64,000 nucleotides of DNA from Nostoc sp. (lineage in GTDB: Bacteria > Cyanobacteriota > Cyanobacteriia > Cyanobacteriales > Nostocaceae), in the NCBI GenBank assembly GCA_036918135.1, contig JBALDB010000015.1, positions 160,001 through 224,000 of the forward strand. The letters run 5' to 3'. How positions within the stretch are numbered: position 1 is the stretch's first letter; each line of letters starts with the position of its first letter. Positions 11,266 through 20,899 of this stretch are shown one piece after another. The notes below the pieces were generated by a model that was not told the origin of the DNA, ran no database searches, and saw only the letters and a list, made by a program, of their open reading frames with translations. The translations under genes were made by a program, and so were the position numbers.

Positions 11266-13272
11266 ATGACTTACTCGTCACCGCAACGGCGCAGTACCGC
11301 TCTAACTACTAGAACAGAGTTTTCGCCTTTTGGCAACAAGCTAGTGCAATCTGGCTATGTTAATAGCGAACAGATGAGGCAGGCATTAATCGAAAGCCGC
11401 AAGTCCGGTAGACCCTTAACGGAAGTATTAGAGTCAATTACCGGACAACAGCTATCACCTGAGTTGCTCAGGCAATATAAAAAACAGCAGCTATTTGAAT
11501 TAAAAATACTCTACGGTGTTGAATTTCTCGATCCAGAAGTCAACTCCTTTGGCAACACAATGGTGGGGAACCTGATTGATACCCTGATTCCAGTCGATAT
11601 TTGCCGTCGCCATCGTTTGGTGCCACTGTCGAAACACGAAGATCAAACTCCACCTTCAGTTTTAGTGGCAATGGTTGCTCCGGATAATCTGGAGGCTTGC
11701 GATGACCTTAACCGGATCTTGCGCCCCCAAGGTTTGGCATTGCAGCGTATGGTGATTACACAGGAAGACTACCAGCAGCTAATCAACCAATATTTAGATG
11801 ACCTGGCTGTACGGCAAAAGCACCTGGAACAAGAAAAGTTTACAGATATTAATCAAGATTTAGAAAATCTCGGAAATCTCGACCTTGAGGATGCTCCTGA
11901 TGAAATGGAGGCTGATTTAGGGGCAGCGATGAAAGGTGCAGAGGATGCCCCGGTGATCAACTTAGTCAACAGAGTTTTGGCTAAAGCCTTACATGAGAAG
12001 GTTTCTGATATTCATGTTGAACCACAAGAAGAAAACTTACGCATTCGCTTCCGTAAAGATGGAGTGCTGCGTGAAGCTTTCCCCCTGATGCCAAAAAAAA
12101 TTATCCCAGCGGTGACAGCTCGGTTTAAAATCATCTCCAATCTAGATATTGCCGAGAGGCGTCTACCCCAAGATGGACGCATCCGCCGGATGTTTGAGGG
12201 ACGTAAGGTAGACTTCCGTGTAAATACTTTACCCAGTCGCTACGGGGAAAAGGTAGTACTGCGGATTTTAGATAATTCTTCTACTCAACTTGGATTGAAT
12301 AAATTAATTACCGATCCGGAGACTTTGCATATTGTGCAGGATATGGTCAGCCGTCCGTTTGGTCTGATATTAGTAACGGGGCCAACTGGTTCGGGTAAAA
12401 CAACCTCGCTGTATTCGGCACTAGCAGAAAAGAACGATCCCGGAATTAATATCAGTACTGTAGAAGACCCAATTGAATATAGTCTTCCAGGGATTACTCA
12501 AGTTCAGGTGATTCGAGAAAAAGGGTTGGATTTTGCTACGGCTTTGCGGGCTTTCTTGCGACAAGATCCAGATGTGCTACTAGTGGGTGAAACACGGGAC
12601 AAAGAAACGGCAAAAACAGCAATTGAAGCTGCCTTGACTGGTCACTTAGTATTAACTACTTTACATACTAATGATGCCCCAGGAGCGATCGCTCGTTTGG
12701 GAGAAATGGGAATTGAGCCTTTCATGGTTTCTAGTTCTTTGATTGGCGTTTTGGCTCAACGTCTGGTACGGCGGGTATGTTCTGAATGTCGCATTGCCTA
12801 TACTCCGACAACTGAGGAACTGGCACGTTATGGTCTATCAGCTTCCTCTGATGTGGGGGTCACTTTCTATAAAGCTAACACTTTGACATTAGAAGCGATC
12901 GCTGAAGCCAAAAGCAAAAATCATCTTTGCTCAACATGTAATGGGGTCGGCTACAAAGGTCGTTGTGGTGTTTATGAAGTCATGCGAGTTACCGAAAACC
13001 TACAAACCCTGATTAACGAAGAAGCACCTACGGAACGCATCAAAGAAGTCGCGGTGGAAGAGGGCATGAAAACCTTGTTGGCTTACAGTCTAGACTTAGT
13101 GCGCCAAGGTGCCACCACCCTCGAAGAAGTAGAACGGGTGACCTTTACTGATACGGGTTTGGAAGCAGAGTTAAAAGCCAAACGCAAAATTGGTCTTACC
13201 TGCCAGACTTGTAATGCCACATTGAAACCAGAATGGCTAGATTGTCCCTACTGTCTAACATCTCGTTTTTAA
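11266..13272 (+). CDS. pilB: Type IV pilus extension ATPase PilB
   Basis: GPTGSGKTT, LRQDPDVLLVGETRD, TTLHTND, Zn motif and the cyanobacterial C-terminal CxxC...CxxC domain; ATG 11266 (MTYSSP) preferred over the upstream TTG. Confidence 0.96.
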   Translation: MTYSSPQRRSTALTTRTEFSPFGNKLVQSGYVNSEQMRQALIESRKSGRPLTEVLESITGQQLSPELLRQYKKQQLFELKILYGVEFLDPEVNSFGNTMVGNLIDTLIPVDICRRHRLVPLSKHEDQTPPSVLVAMVAPDNLEACDDLNRILRPQGLALQRMVITQEDYQQLINQYLDDLAVRQKHLEQEKFTDINQDLENLGNLDLEDAPDEMEADLGAAMKGAEDAPVINLVNRVLAKALHEKVSDIHVEPQEENLRIRFRKDGVLREAFPLMPKKIIPAVTARFKIISNLDIAERRLPQDGRIRRMFEGRKVDFRVNTLPSRYGEKVVLRILDNSSTQLGLNKLITDPETLHIVQDMVSRPFGLILVTGPTGSGKTTSLYSALAEKNDPGINISTVEDPIEYSLPGITQVQVIREKGLDFATALRAFLRQDPDVLLVGETRDKETAKTAIEAALTGHLVLTTLHTNDAPGAIARLGEMGIEPFMVSSSLIGVLAQRLVRRVCSECRIAYTPTTEELARYGLSASSDVGVTFYKANTLTLEAIAEAKSKNHLCSTCNGVGYKGRCGVYEVMRVTENLQTLINEEAPTERIKEVAVEEGMKTLLAYSLDLVRQGATTLEEVERVTFTDTGLEAELKAKRKIGLTCQTCNATLKPEWLDCPYCLTSRF

Positions 13273-13290
13273 GATTAAGTCATTAGTCAC

Positions 13291-13381
13291 TTGTACTGAG
13301 CGTACCCCTGCTCTTAAGCAAGCTACGCGTAGCGTCTTTGTTAGGAGAAGCCGTTGGCGCAGCCTCTCGTAGAGAAGTATT
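13291..13381. repeat. Nested small dispersed repeats between pilB and pilT
   Basis: Host TTGTACTGAGCGTA..GCC..GAAGTA interrupted by GCTACGCGTAGCGTCT...GGAGAA and GGCGCAGCCTCTCGTAGAGAAG units; related units near 3686, 14749 and 24492. Confidence 0.6.
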
Positions 13382-13477
13382 GGTCGTTAGTCATCGGTTA
13401 ATACCTAATAGCTTAAAACAACTCATAGATGACAACTGACAAAGGATAAATAACAAACATTATAAGGAAACAGAACT

Positions 13478-14611
13478 ATGGAAATGATGATTGAAGACTT
13501 AATGGAGCAAATGATTGAAATGGGAGGCTCAGACCTGCATTTATCCGCAGGTTTACCTCCCTATTTCCGTATCAGTGGCAAACTTACTCCTATAGGTGAG
13601 CATGTGTTGACAGCAGATCAGTGTCAAAGGCTGATTTTTAGTATGCTCAACAACACTCAGCGTAAAACTTTAGAGCAGACGTGGGAGTTGGATTGTTCTT
13701 ATGGTGTTAAAGGTTTAGCTCGCTTTCGGGTGAACGTCTATAAAGAGCGTGGTGCTTATGCTGCTTGCTTACGGGCATTAAGTTCTAAAATTCCTAACTT
13801 TGAAAAATTAGGTCTGCCGGATGTAGTACGGGAAATGTCTGATAAGCCCAGAGGACTAATTCTGGTGACAGGCCCCACAGGTTCCGGGAAAACAACAACT
13901 TTAGCGGCAATGATTGACTTAATTAACCGCACTAAGGCAGAGCATATTTTGACGGTTGAAGACCCAATCGAATTTGTTTACGAACCAATTAAAAGCTTGG
14001 TTCACCAACGACAATTAGGCGAAGATACCAAGAGTTTTGCTAATGCTTTGAAAGCAGCTTTACGGGAAGATCCAGATATTATTCTAGTCGGGGAAATGCG
14101 CGATTTAGAAACGATTTCTTTGGCGATTTCTGCTGCGGAAACAGGACACTTGGTATTTGGAACACTACACACTAGTTCGGCTGCACAAACTGTTGACCGG
14201 ATTATCGACGTTTTTCCCCATGAAAGACAAACCCAAGTGCGGGTGCAGTTATCAAACTCTTTGGTAGCAGTATTTAGCCAAACATTAGTATCTAAGAAAA
14301 ACCCCAAACCAGGTGAATACGGTCGGGTGATGGCTCAAGAAATTTTGATTGTTACTCCCGCTATTTCTAACTTAATTCGAGAAGGTAAAACATCGCAAAT
14401 TTACTCAGCTATTCAAACTGGTGGCAAATTAGGAATGCAAACTCTGGAGAAGGTTTTAGCGGATTTTTACAAAGCAGGAACTATCTCTTTTGAAGCAGCA
14501 ATGTCTAAGACTTCCAAGCCAGACGAAATTCAACGTCTCATAGGTGGTTCCACACCACCGCAAGCAGCAGGTGCAAAACCCGGAGTGAATGGGGCTGCTA
14601 AAGCGCATTAA
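13478..14611 (+). CDS. pilT: Type IV pilus retraction ATPase PilT
   Basis: GPTGSGKTTT, ALREDPDIILVGEMRD, GTLHT, AISNLIRE motif, GMQTL. Confidence 0.97.
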   Translation: MEMMIEDLMEQMIEMGGSDLHLSAGLPPYFRISGKLTPIGEHVLTADQCQRLIFSMLNNTQRKTLEQTWELDCSYGVKGLARFRVNVYKERGAYAACLRALSSKIPNFEKLGLPDVVREMSDKPRGLILVTGPTGSGKTTTLAAMIDLINRTKAEHILTVEDPIEFVYEPIKSLVHQRQLGEDTKSFANALKAALREDPDIILVGEMRDLETISLAISAAETGHLVFGTLHTSSAAQTVDRIIDVFPHERQTQVRVQLSNSLVAVFSQTLVSKKNPKPGEYGRVMAQEILIVTPAISNLIREGKTSQIYSAIQTGGKLGMQTLEKVLADFYKAGTISFEAAMSKTSKPDEIQRLIGGSTPPQAAGAKPGVNGAAKAH

Positions 14612-14715
14612 ACGTATGGGAGAGATAGGGGAGGAGCAGAGGGGAAGTTATAAAGTATTACGCCTTGAAATTACACAATCACTTCTTAAGTTTTTTGACT
14701 GCTGAGAGTTAACAG

Positions 14716-14785
14716 GAGCCAGTGCATTGGAGGGGTTCCCCGGCTTGTTCGCGCAGCGTCTCCCCTTGGGAGAAGCAACTGGCTC
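14716..14785. repeat. Hairpin-type dispersed repeat with nested insertion between pilT and pilC
   Basis: Terminal inverted arms GAGCCAGT...ACTGGCTC enclosing GCGCAGCGTCTCCCCTTGGGAGA. Confidence 0.6.
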
Positions 14786-14898
14786 TCAACACGAAAAAAT
14801 GTACTGCCTTAGATGCAAGGACAGCTTAGTGAGTCTTTCCCTTGTGTCCCTGTGCTTCTTCCAATACCCAATGACTAACAACTATTTTGAATTGACTT

Positions 14899-16122
14899 AT
14901 GCCAACCTACGTTGCCCGTGTTCGGGACTCGCAAGGAAAATCCCGAACAGAAAAAATTGTTGCTCAATCCTTGAGCCAAGCTCGTACTAATCTCAGAGAC
15001 CAAGGCTTTGTAGTCCAAGAACTCAAACAGTTTCAAGGATTTCAGACAAATTTTAACTTAAAAAAATTTCAGAATTCCTTAGTGAAGGTGTCTGTTAAAG
15101 ACAAAGCCGTTTTTTCTCGTCAATTTGCCGTTTTAATGAATGCCGGAGTTGCAATTGTTAGAAGTCTGGGAGTACTTTCTGAACAGTGTAGTAATCCTAA
15201 ACTTAAACAAGCTCTTATGGACATTAGTAACGATGTTCAAAGCGGAACGAATCTTTCGGAGTCAATGCGGAAGCATCCTGAATGCTTTGATGGATTATAT
15301 GTAAGTATGATTCAAGCCGGTGAAGTTGGTGGTGTTTTAGACGAAGTATTGAATCGCTTAGCCAAGTTGTTAGAAGATGTTGCCCGCTTACAAAACCAAA
15401 TTAAATCAGCATTATCTTATCCAACAGTCGTGGGTTTTATAGCAGTTGCTATTTTTCTCGGTATGACTATTTTTCTTATTCCCATTTTTGCCACAATTTT
15501 TGTGCAAATTGGAACTGAATTACCACCTCTAACACAATTCCTGATGGATGCTAGTTTATTTTTGAGAAGTCCAAAGGTTTTCATACTTATCGGTGTTCTT
15601 ATAGGATTAAAAATTGCCTATTCAAAGTACTCTAAAACTCCTGTTGGTCGCCAAACAATCGATCGCCTTTCCTTGAAGATGCCGTTATTTGGTGACTTAA
15701 TTCAAAAATCTTCAGTTGCCCGTTTTAGCAGGACTTTTGGGTCTTTGACTCGTTCAGGCGTACCAATTTTAACTTGCTTGGAAATTGTCCGAGATACATC
15801 AGGAAACCAAATAATTGCTAATGCCATAGATGCAGCCCGCATAGAAATTCAACAAGGAGGTATGATTAGCATTGCTTTACAAAAAGATAAAGTTTTTCCA
15901 GCTATGGCAATTCAAATGATTAGTATTGGCGAAGAAACAGGAGAATTAGATGGAATGTTGATGAAAGTTGCCGATTTTTATGAAGATGAGGTTGAGCAAG
16001 CAGTAAAAGCACTCACTAGTGTTTTGGAACCAATTATGATTTTAGTTTTAGGGGGGATGGTTGGTACAATTTTGCTGGCAATGTATTTACCAATGTTTAA
16101 GGTATTTGAAAAATTGGGATAG
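14899..16122 (+). CDS. pilC: Type IV pilus platform protein PilC (T2SS F family)
   Basis: Two T2SSF repeats (AGEVGGVL, IGEETGEL), three TM segments, follows pilB-pilT. Confidence 0.96.
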   Translation: MPTYVARVRDSQGKSRTEKIVAQSLSQARTNLRDQGFVVQELKQFQGFQTNFNLKKFQNSLVKVSVKDKAVFSRQFAVLMNAGVAIVRSLGVLSEQCSNPKLKQALMDISNDVQSGTNLSESMRKHPECFDGLYVSMIQAGEVGGVLDEVLNRLAKLLEDVARLQNQIKSALSYPTVVGFIAVAIFLGMTIFLIPIFATIFVQIGTELPPLTQFLMDASLFLRSPKVFILIGVLIGLKIAYSKYSKTPVGRQTIDRLSLKMPLFGDLIQKSSVARFSRTFGSLTRSGVPILTCLEIVRDTSGNQIIANAIDAARIEIQQGGMISIALQKDKVFPAMAIQMISIGEETGELDGMLMKVADFYEDEVEQAVKALTSVLEPIMILVLGGMVGTILLAMYLPMFKVFEKLG

Positions 16123-16251
16123 GAGATTAAGAGTTAGGAGTTAATAGTTATAAGTTAACATTTGAAGTTCTTTATTATTAAATTTTTAATTTCTAACTTA
16201 TAAACTTTCTTCTTAACTGCTAACTCCTAAATACTTACTATTTAATAAACT

Positions 16252-16812
16252 ATGACTGTCCAAAAATCTCATTATGAAGCAAGCTTGGCAGAGTACAGTA
16301 ATCATCTCGCTGCGATCGCCTTACTAAAACAACATCGTCCATACTTGGAGATGATTCCCAGTCTGCGCCGTCCAGATGAGAGTGTGATTGCTATTCCTTT
16401 ACCAATTGTTCGTCTTCGCAAAACTGCTACAAAAGAACTACAAGCAATTTGTTTACCCTGTGATGTAGCACTTTTAATGTGCGATCCAGAGTGGAAAATC
16501 AAAACTGGAGTAGAGATTTTAATTTTTATTCATCGTCCCCATGAAGATTTTTCTGATTTGTTAGGACGTTGGCGACAATCCCAAGTTTTTTTAGACAATG
16601 ATTATGAATGGTTGATGCCTCTCCGTCACAGCCATATTTTAAGTGAAGGAGCTAATAGTATATATCCTTTATTTATAGTTTTTCATGGAACATCAGAACG
16701 TATCCAGCGAGGTCTTGTTGGAGCAGAACTTCCATTTATTATGGAAACATCAAATTTTTTAATCGAAGAGAATTATACAGACACTTTTTCTCCAGAAATT
16801 CCCCCTGCTTAA
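16252..16812 (+). CDS. Conserved hypothetical protein downstream of pilC
   Basis: 186-aa ORF with globular composition; no motif recognised. Confidence 0.75.
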   Translation: MTVQKSHYEASLAEYSNHLAAIALLKQHRPYLEMIPSLRRPDESVIAIPLPIVRLRKTATKELQAICLPCDVALLMCDPEWKIKTGVEILIFIHRPHEDFSDLLGRWRQSQVFLDNDYEWLMPLRHSHILSEGANSIYPLFIVFHGTSERIQRGLVGAELPFIMETSNFLIEENYTDTFSPEIPPA

Positions 16813-16817
16813 CTAAA

Positions 16818-16906
16818 GCAAAAGGTAAAACTAAAAAGGCAAAAAAAGAATTTATTTTTTCTTTTGCCTTTTTACTTTTCTAGAGACGCGATTAATTGCG
16901 TCTCTA
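16818..16906. terminator. Bidirectional terminator region between convergent genes, plus palindrome TAGAGACGCGATTAATTGCGTCTCTA
   Basis: AAAAGGCAAAA...TTTTGCCTTTT inverted arms with A/T runs, followed by a near-perfect palindrome at 16881-16906. Confidence 0.6.
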
Positions 16907-16910
16907 CTTA

Positions 16911-17921
16911 TTACCTGACAAATTGAGGCATAATTTCCGCAGCGGTAAATATTCCATAGATGCCGCGTTGATGCAATTGCCTACCAGCTTTGAGATAGCC
17001 GAAAGCAGGGCCGCAGACATTGGCTGCCATGCTGGTTTCATCTCCTAAAGTAAAGGTATGAGTGGAAATTTTACCTTCAAAGGTGCGTCCTGTTACCTTA
17101 ACGTTAGTGCTAAGGGGTTTTTTAGGATTGCGAGTATCAACTACACCACCAACAGTAACGCGATCGCGCCCCACTATCCCAGCTACCTCTAACATTACAT
17201 CATCGGCGTGTTCCATATTCTCTAAAGTCAGCACGCCATTGGTTTTATCTAATAGTGCTTCCACCTCTGCATCAGTCATCGCCCTAGCAGTTTCCACCGT
17301 GTAACCAGGCATATGTCCGATATCTTCCCGAACGGTGGCGCGGTAGGCTTCCCAGTTGGCAATTCCGACACCAAAGGCAATTTCTACGTTGTGGATTTCG
17401 GCATAGCTTTGGGCGGCTAAAGCGGCAGCGGCAGTTAATAGTCCAGGTGTAGCACCACATCCTGTCATGTAAGTGATTCCAGCTGCTTGCAGTTCCTCTT
17501 TCATTGCCAGTAATTGTTCTACAGCACTGGTGCGCTTAATTGCATCCACTAGCACACCCTGCCAACCAGATTCAATAAACTGCTTAGCAACAGAGGGAAT
17601 AAAATCATTTGGTAAGTTGGGTAAAGCCAGAAAATACCCATCTACACGCTGAGTGGTAGCGATTAAATCTTGAATACTGTTATTACTTAATGTGCCAATC
17701 GGCTCTAGATAACCTACTGAGCCTTGAGACTGATACGTAACAATGCATTCTTGAGTATTTAAACCTTCACCAGCGTAAGCGTAGCCTTTTTGATCTGCTG
17801 CTGCGACTAAAATCATTTCACGTTTGCCAGCAAGTAGCTTGGCGGCGGCTTGTCCAAGTCCGCCAAACCCCAGTACTCCCACGCGGATTGTTTTGTTCGC
17901 TTGTTCTGTATTCATAGTCAA
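16911..17921 (-). CDS. bioU: BioU, cyanobacterial biotin-pathway dehydrogenase/aminotransferase surrogate
   Basis: Rossmann [24 protein letters not shown] (modified Lys), [16 protein letters not shown]. Confidence 0.85.
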   Translation of the reverse strand: MTMNTEQANKTIRVGVLGFGGLGQAAAKLLAGKREMILVAAADQKGYAYAGEGLNTQECIVTYQSQGSVGYLEPIGTLSNNSIQDLIATTQRVDGYFLALPNLPNDFIPSVAKQFIESGWQGVLVDAIKRTSAVEQLLAMKEELQAAGITYMTGCGATPGLLTAAAALAAQSYAEIHNVEIAFGVGIANWEAYRATVREDIGHMPGYTVETARAMTDAEVEALLDKTNGVLTLENMEHADDVMLEVAGIVGRDRVTVGGVVDTRNPKKPLSTNVKVTGRTFEGKISTHTFTLGDETSMAANVCGPAFGYLKAGRQLHQRGIYGIFTAAEIMPQFVR

Positions 17922-18179
17922 TTTGTTGAGTTGAGTTAACAGCTTTCAGTACTTACCGTCTTAGATTTCGGCTTGTGGCTGATGGCTAAAAGCTATAGAG
18001 GTTAATTATGCTTCATTATCCTTGGTTCTCCGGCTGAGCGATGCGTTTTTTTACAGGAAAGTTTTCGCTGGTAATTTGAGATGCAGCAAGATTGCATCAG
18101 TGTTAGTACTATTACGTTATTAGTATAAATTATGCTTTAGTAGTATTAGTTCGCGCGGCACATTAGGAAAAATTAATTC

Positions 18180-18758
18180 ATGAGTTTTGAAGATATTGCC
18201 AGTAAAGCTGTTGAAAAGGGTACAGAAATTGCTGTAGAAAAAACTTTAGGCGTTAAAGACCTAAAGACAGTAAAAGCCGTTGTAGAGACAGGCGCGGCCG
18301 CAGGAGCTGCTGTCAGCGCTGCTACAGGGTTATCTGTTGCGGCAACTTCAGGAGCAGGAATTACTTCGGGCTTAGCTGCGGCAGGTGGTGTGGTTGGTGG
18401 TGGTATGGCGGCCGCTCCTGCTGTATTAGCAGCAGGGCCAGCTTATGCTGGGGCAAAAATAATGAATGAAACTTTGTTCAAAGACCAACCGGATTTATCT
18501 AAAGAAGAACGTGAAGCTCGTGCAGCTGCAAGAACAGCTACAAACATTGGTGCTGCCGCTGGTGTAGCTAGTGCTGGTGCTGTAACAGTAGCTGCTGGTG
18601 CTTCTGGTGCTGCAATTATGAGTACCCTTGCAGGTATCGGTGGTGTTGTTGGCGGAGGTGCAATTGCTGGTACTGCCATAGTTGCTGCTGCACCTGTTGC
18701 TGCTGCTGCAGCTATTGGATATGGAATATACAAACTCTTCGGTGGCGGTAAGGAATAG
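18180..18758 (+). CDS. Ala/Gly-rich hypothetical membrane protein with two glycine-zipper-like repeats
   Basis: AGGA RBS upstream; two similar blocks SGAGITSGLAAAGGVVGGG and SGAAIMSTLAGIGGVVGGG separated by a charged linker. Confidence 0.8.
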   Translation: MSFEDIASKAVEKGTEIAVEKTLGVKDLKTVKAVVETGAAAGAAVSAATGLSVAATSGAGITSGLAAAGGVVGGGMAAAPAVLAAGPAYAGAKIMNETLFKDQPDLSKEEREARAAARTATNIGAAAGVASAGAVTVAAGASGAAIMSTLAGIGGVVGGGAIAGTAIVAAAPVAAAAAIGYGIYKLFGGGKE

Positions 18759-18849
18759 CTTAACTCAGTTGACAAAGTTGAATAAAATTCAATGAATATA
18801 CCCTTGCGATGATTTATGAAGTATAATAGATAGTAAGGAAATAAAATTG

Positions 18850-18916
18850 AAGTGCCTGTGTATTTTAAGTGCAAATAGCCCTTTGGCTATGAAACTCAAT
18901 TTGCACAGGCATTTTT
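18850..18916 (+). terminator. Long imperfect hairpin followed by a U-run
   Basis: AAGTGCCTGTGTATTTTAAGT pairs with ACTCAATTTGCACAGGCATTT (16/21), with inner stem ATAGCC-CTTT-GGCTAT, then TTTTT. Confidence 0.55.
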
Positions 18917-18975
18917 CATACTTATATTCCCCAAAGTCCATAAGACTATAAAAAAAATTTATGTATAATTAAGTC

Positions 18976-19308
18976 AATCTAATCCCAAATGCAGAAAATG
19001 CAGTCGCTGACATTCGTAAACTACGTGACTACTGTCTCAATCCAGAGCATGATGAAGGAAAACATAAAGCTCGTTTATTTTCATCAATTCTAGGTATGAC
19101 AGCTGACAATGCTGAAGAATTACAACAGATTCTTCTCAAAGTTGTCAAAACTCATGAAGTTCGCTTGGGACGGCGTGATGAATTTGGACAACGCTACACT
19201 CTAGATTTCACATTGGAATGGCAAGATAGAAGTGCAACTATTCGGAGTGGTTGGATTATCGAAGAAGGTTCTGATGTTCCAAGATTAACAACCTGCTATC
19301 CGCTGTAA
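18976..19308 (+). pseudogene. DUF6883-domain protein (putative toxin) apparently lacking its start codon
   Basis: The frame of ORF 19096-19308 extends upstream as LIPNAENAVADIRKLRDYCLNPEHDEGKHKARLF. An in-frame TAA lies at 18970-18972 and there is no ATG/GTG/TTG before LIPN. Confidence 0.7.
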
Positions 19309-19328
19309 ATGTTTGGAAGTGAGAGAAG

Positions 19329-19577
19329 ATGACTAAAAATACGGTCAAGTTGCTGGATGTAGTAGCACTGGTAGTTGACCTACCTGAATACAATCTCTGG
19401 CGCGGTCAAGTTGGTACAGTAGTCGAATTATTAGCTGGCGGTGCTGCGTTTGAGGTTGAATTTAGCGATCGCCACGGCCGCACTTACGAATCTATCGGTT
19501 TACGCCCAGAGCAAATTATGGTGTTACATTTTGAGCCAGCATCCCCTGATTCAGTCTCGGAAATGGTGACAGCTTGA
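19329..19577 (+). CDS. DUF4926-domain protein (putative antitoxin/immunity)
   Basis: LLDVVAL, RGQVGTVVE, FEVEFSD.. GRTY pattern; directly after the DUF6883 gene. Confidence 0.88.
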   Translation: MTKNTVKLLDVVALVVDLPEYNLWRGQVGTVVELLAGGAAFEVEFSDRHGRTYESIGLRPEQIMVLHFEPASPDSVSEMVTA

Positions 19578-19635
19578 GCAATTGTATCTAAAGCGCTCGC
19601 TTCAAAAAGATTCGAGTAGTATGAGAGGTGTCTTG

Positions 19636-19878
19636 ATGAGTCAAGTGAACTTTGATACCATGAGTGACGCCGAATTGAAACGATACTTTTTAGCAAACCG
19701 CCAAGATCGGGCTGCTTTTCAGGCATACTTGGATAGGTTCAATCAGCGCCCAAAATCAGTTATTGCAAGCCCAGGCGATCCCGATTTTGACGAAAAGATT
19801 CAAGCAGCAATTCGACGGAAACTGGAAGCATTCCGTGGTAGTCAGGCAGCTAACAACACAACAGAGCCGACGGAATAG
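19636..19878 (+). CDS. DUF6887-family protein
   Basis: MSQVNFDTMSDAELKRYFLANRQDRAAFQAYLDR; GAGG RBS before ATG 19636; same family pattern as the pseudogene at 1370-1585. Confidence 0.75.
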   Translation: MSQVNFDTMSDAELKRYFLANRQDRAAFQAYLDRFNQRPKSVIASPGDPDFDEKIQAAIRRKLEAFRGSQAANNTTEPTE

Positions 19879-20650
19879 GGCCAGCATTCCCTGATTCACT
19901 TCTACAAATGGTGATAGCTTCAACGATAATAGCCAGAGCGATCGCATCTCTAAAATCAGTCTTCAGAAAATTAGTTTACCAAAGGCGATCGCGCATATAA
20001 AAATTTAAGGATAGATTATTCTCGATCGCATTCGCATAGTGGATAAAGCTAGATTAGTCAAACTACTTGGTCAAATTAGTGACTACGAGCAAAGATTAGT
20101 TCTCGACACATTAACTGAAATGTTTGCTGAATAATACTTAAAATTTTAATACGGCAGATATCTATGAACACTTTTTGGTGCTGATTTTGACTAGTATCGA
20201 TTTGCAACTAACCACACTCAAGAGGTTTAGAACTGCGATCGCACACCTTACCATTTTGCTGTTAGGTTACACTAAGCTGAATCTCTCCTCACCTATCAGC
20301 AAAGTTAATGATAACGATAAACCTTTATAATAAAATTTATACTATTGTAACTTATCTGGCTAGCTATACTACCTCAAATGCTTATTTTTAGCACTTTTGC
20401 TGCTTGCCTAGCAAACTCAGTTGTTACCTTGACTAATCGATGAGGTTAAGAGAGACTAACTAAAGACTGATGTGTATGCTAATAAAATTAATAATTTTTG
20501 TAAATTTTTTAAGATATATATTTTGAGAGATGGAACATTATTTAACAAATGGCAAGTTTGTATCTAAGTAAAAATGTTCCGACAGCTATATTTTTAGCTT
20601 TCTGCTAAGGCAGTACAATTCAAACGTACTTATCGTGGTTGGCCAAGAGC

Positions 20651-20860
20651 ATGGAGACATTAGAGTTCATAATTTATCCAGATGGTCGGGTACAAGAAAA
20701 AGTCACTGGCATTGTGGGTGCTTCTTGCGCTGAGGTTACAGCAGCAATAGAAGCACAGCTGGGGCAAGTACTTAAGCAGGAGCCAACCTCAGAACACTTC
20801 GCCGCCAAGGTGCAGCAATCAAACGTGGCGAATACGCACACCACTTACAGCGATTGGTAA
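20651..20860 (+). CDS. DUF2997-domain protein
   Basis: LEFIIYPDGRVQEKVTGIVGASCAEVT...E..LG pattern. Confidence 0.88.
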   Translation: METLEFIIYPDGRVQEKVTGIVGASCAEVTAAIEAQLGQVLKQEPTSEHFAAKVQQSNVANTHTTYSDW

Positions 20861-20899
20861 GTTTTCACAGTAGTTTAGTGTCATTTAATTTAAACCACC

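Noticed and set aside
18443..18874. 143-aa minus-strand ORF
   Set aside because: Shadow of the GCN/GGN-rich plus-strand gene.
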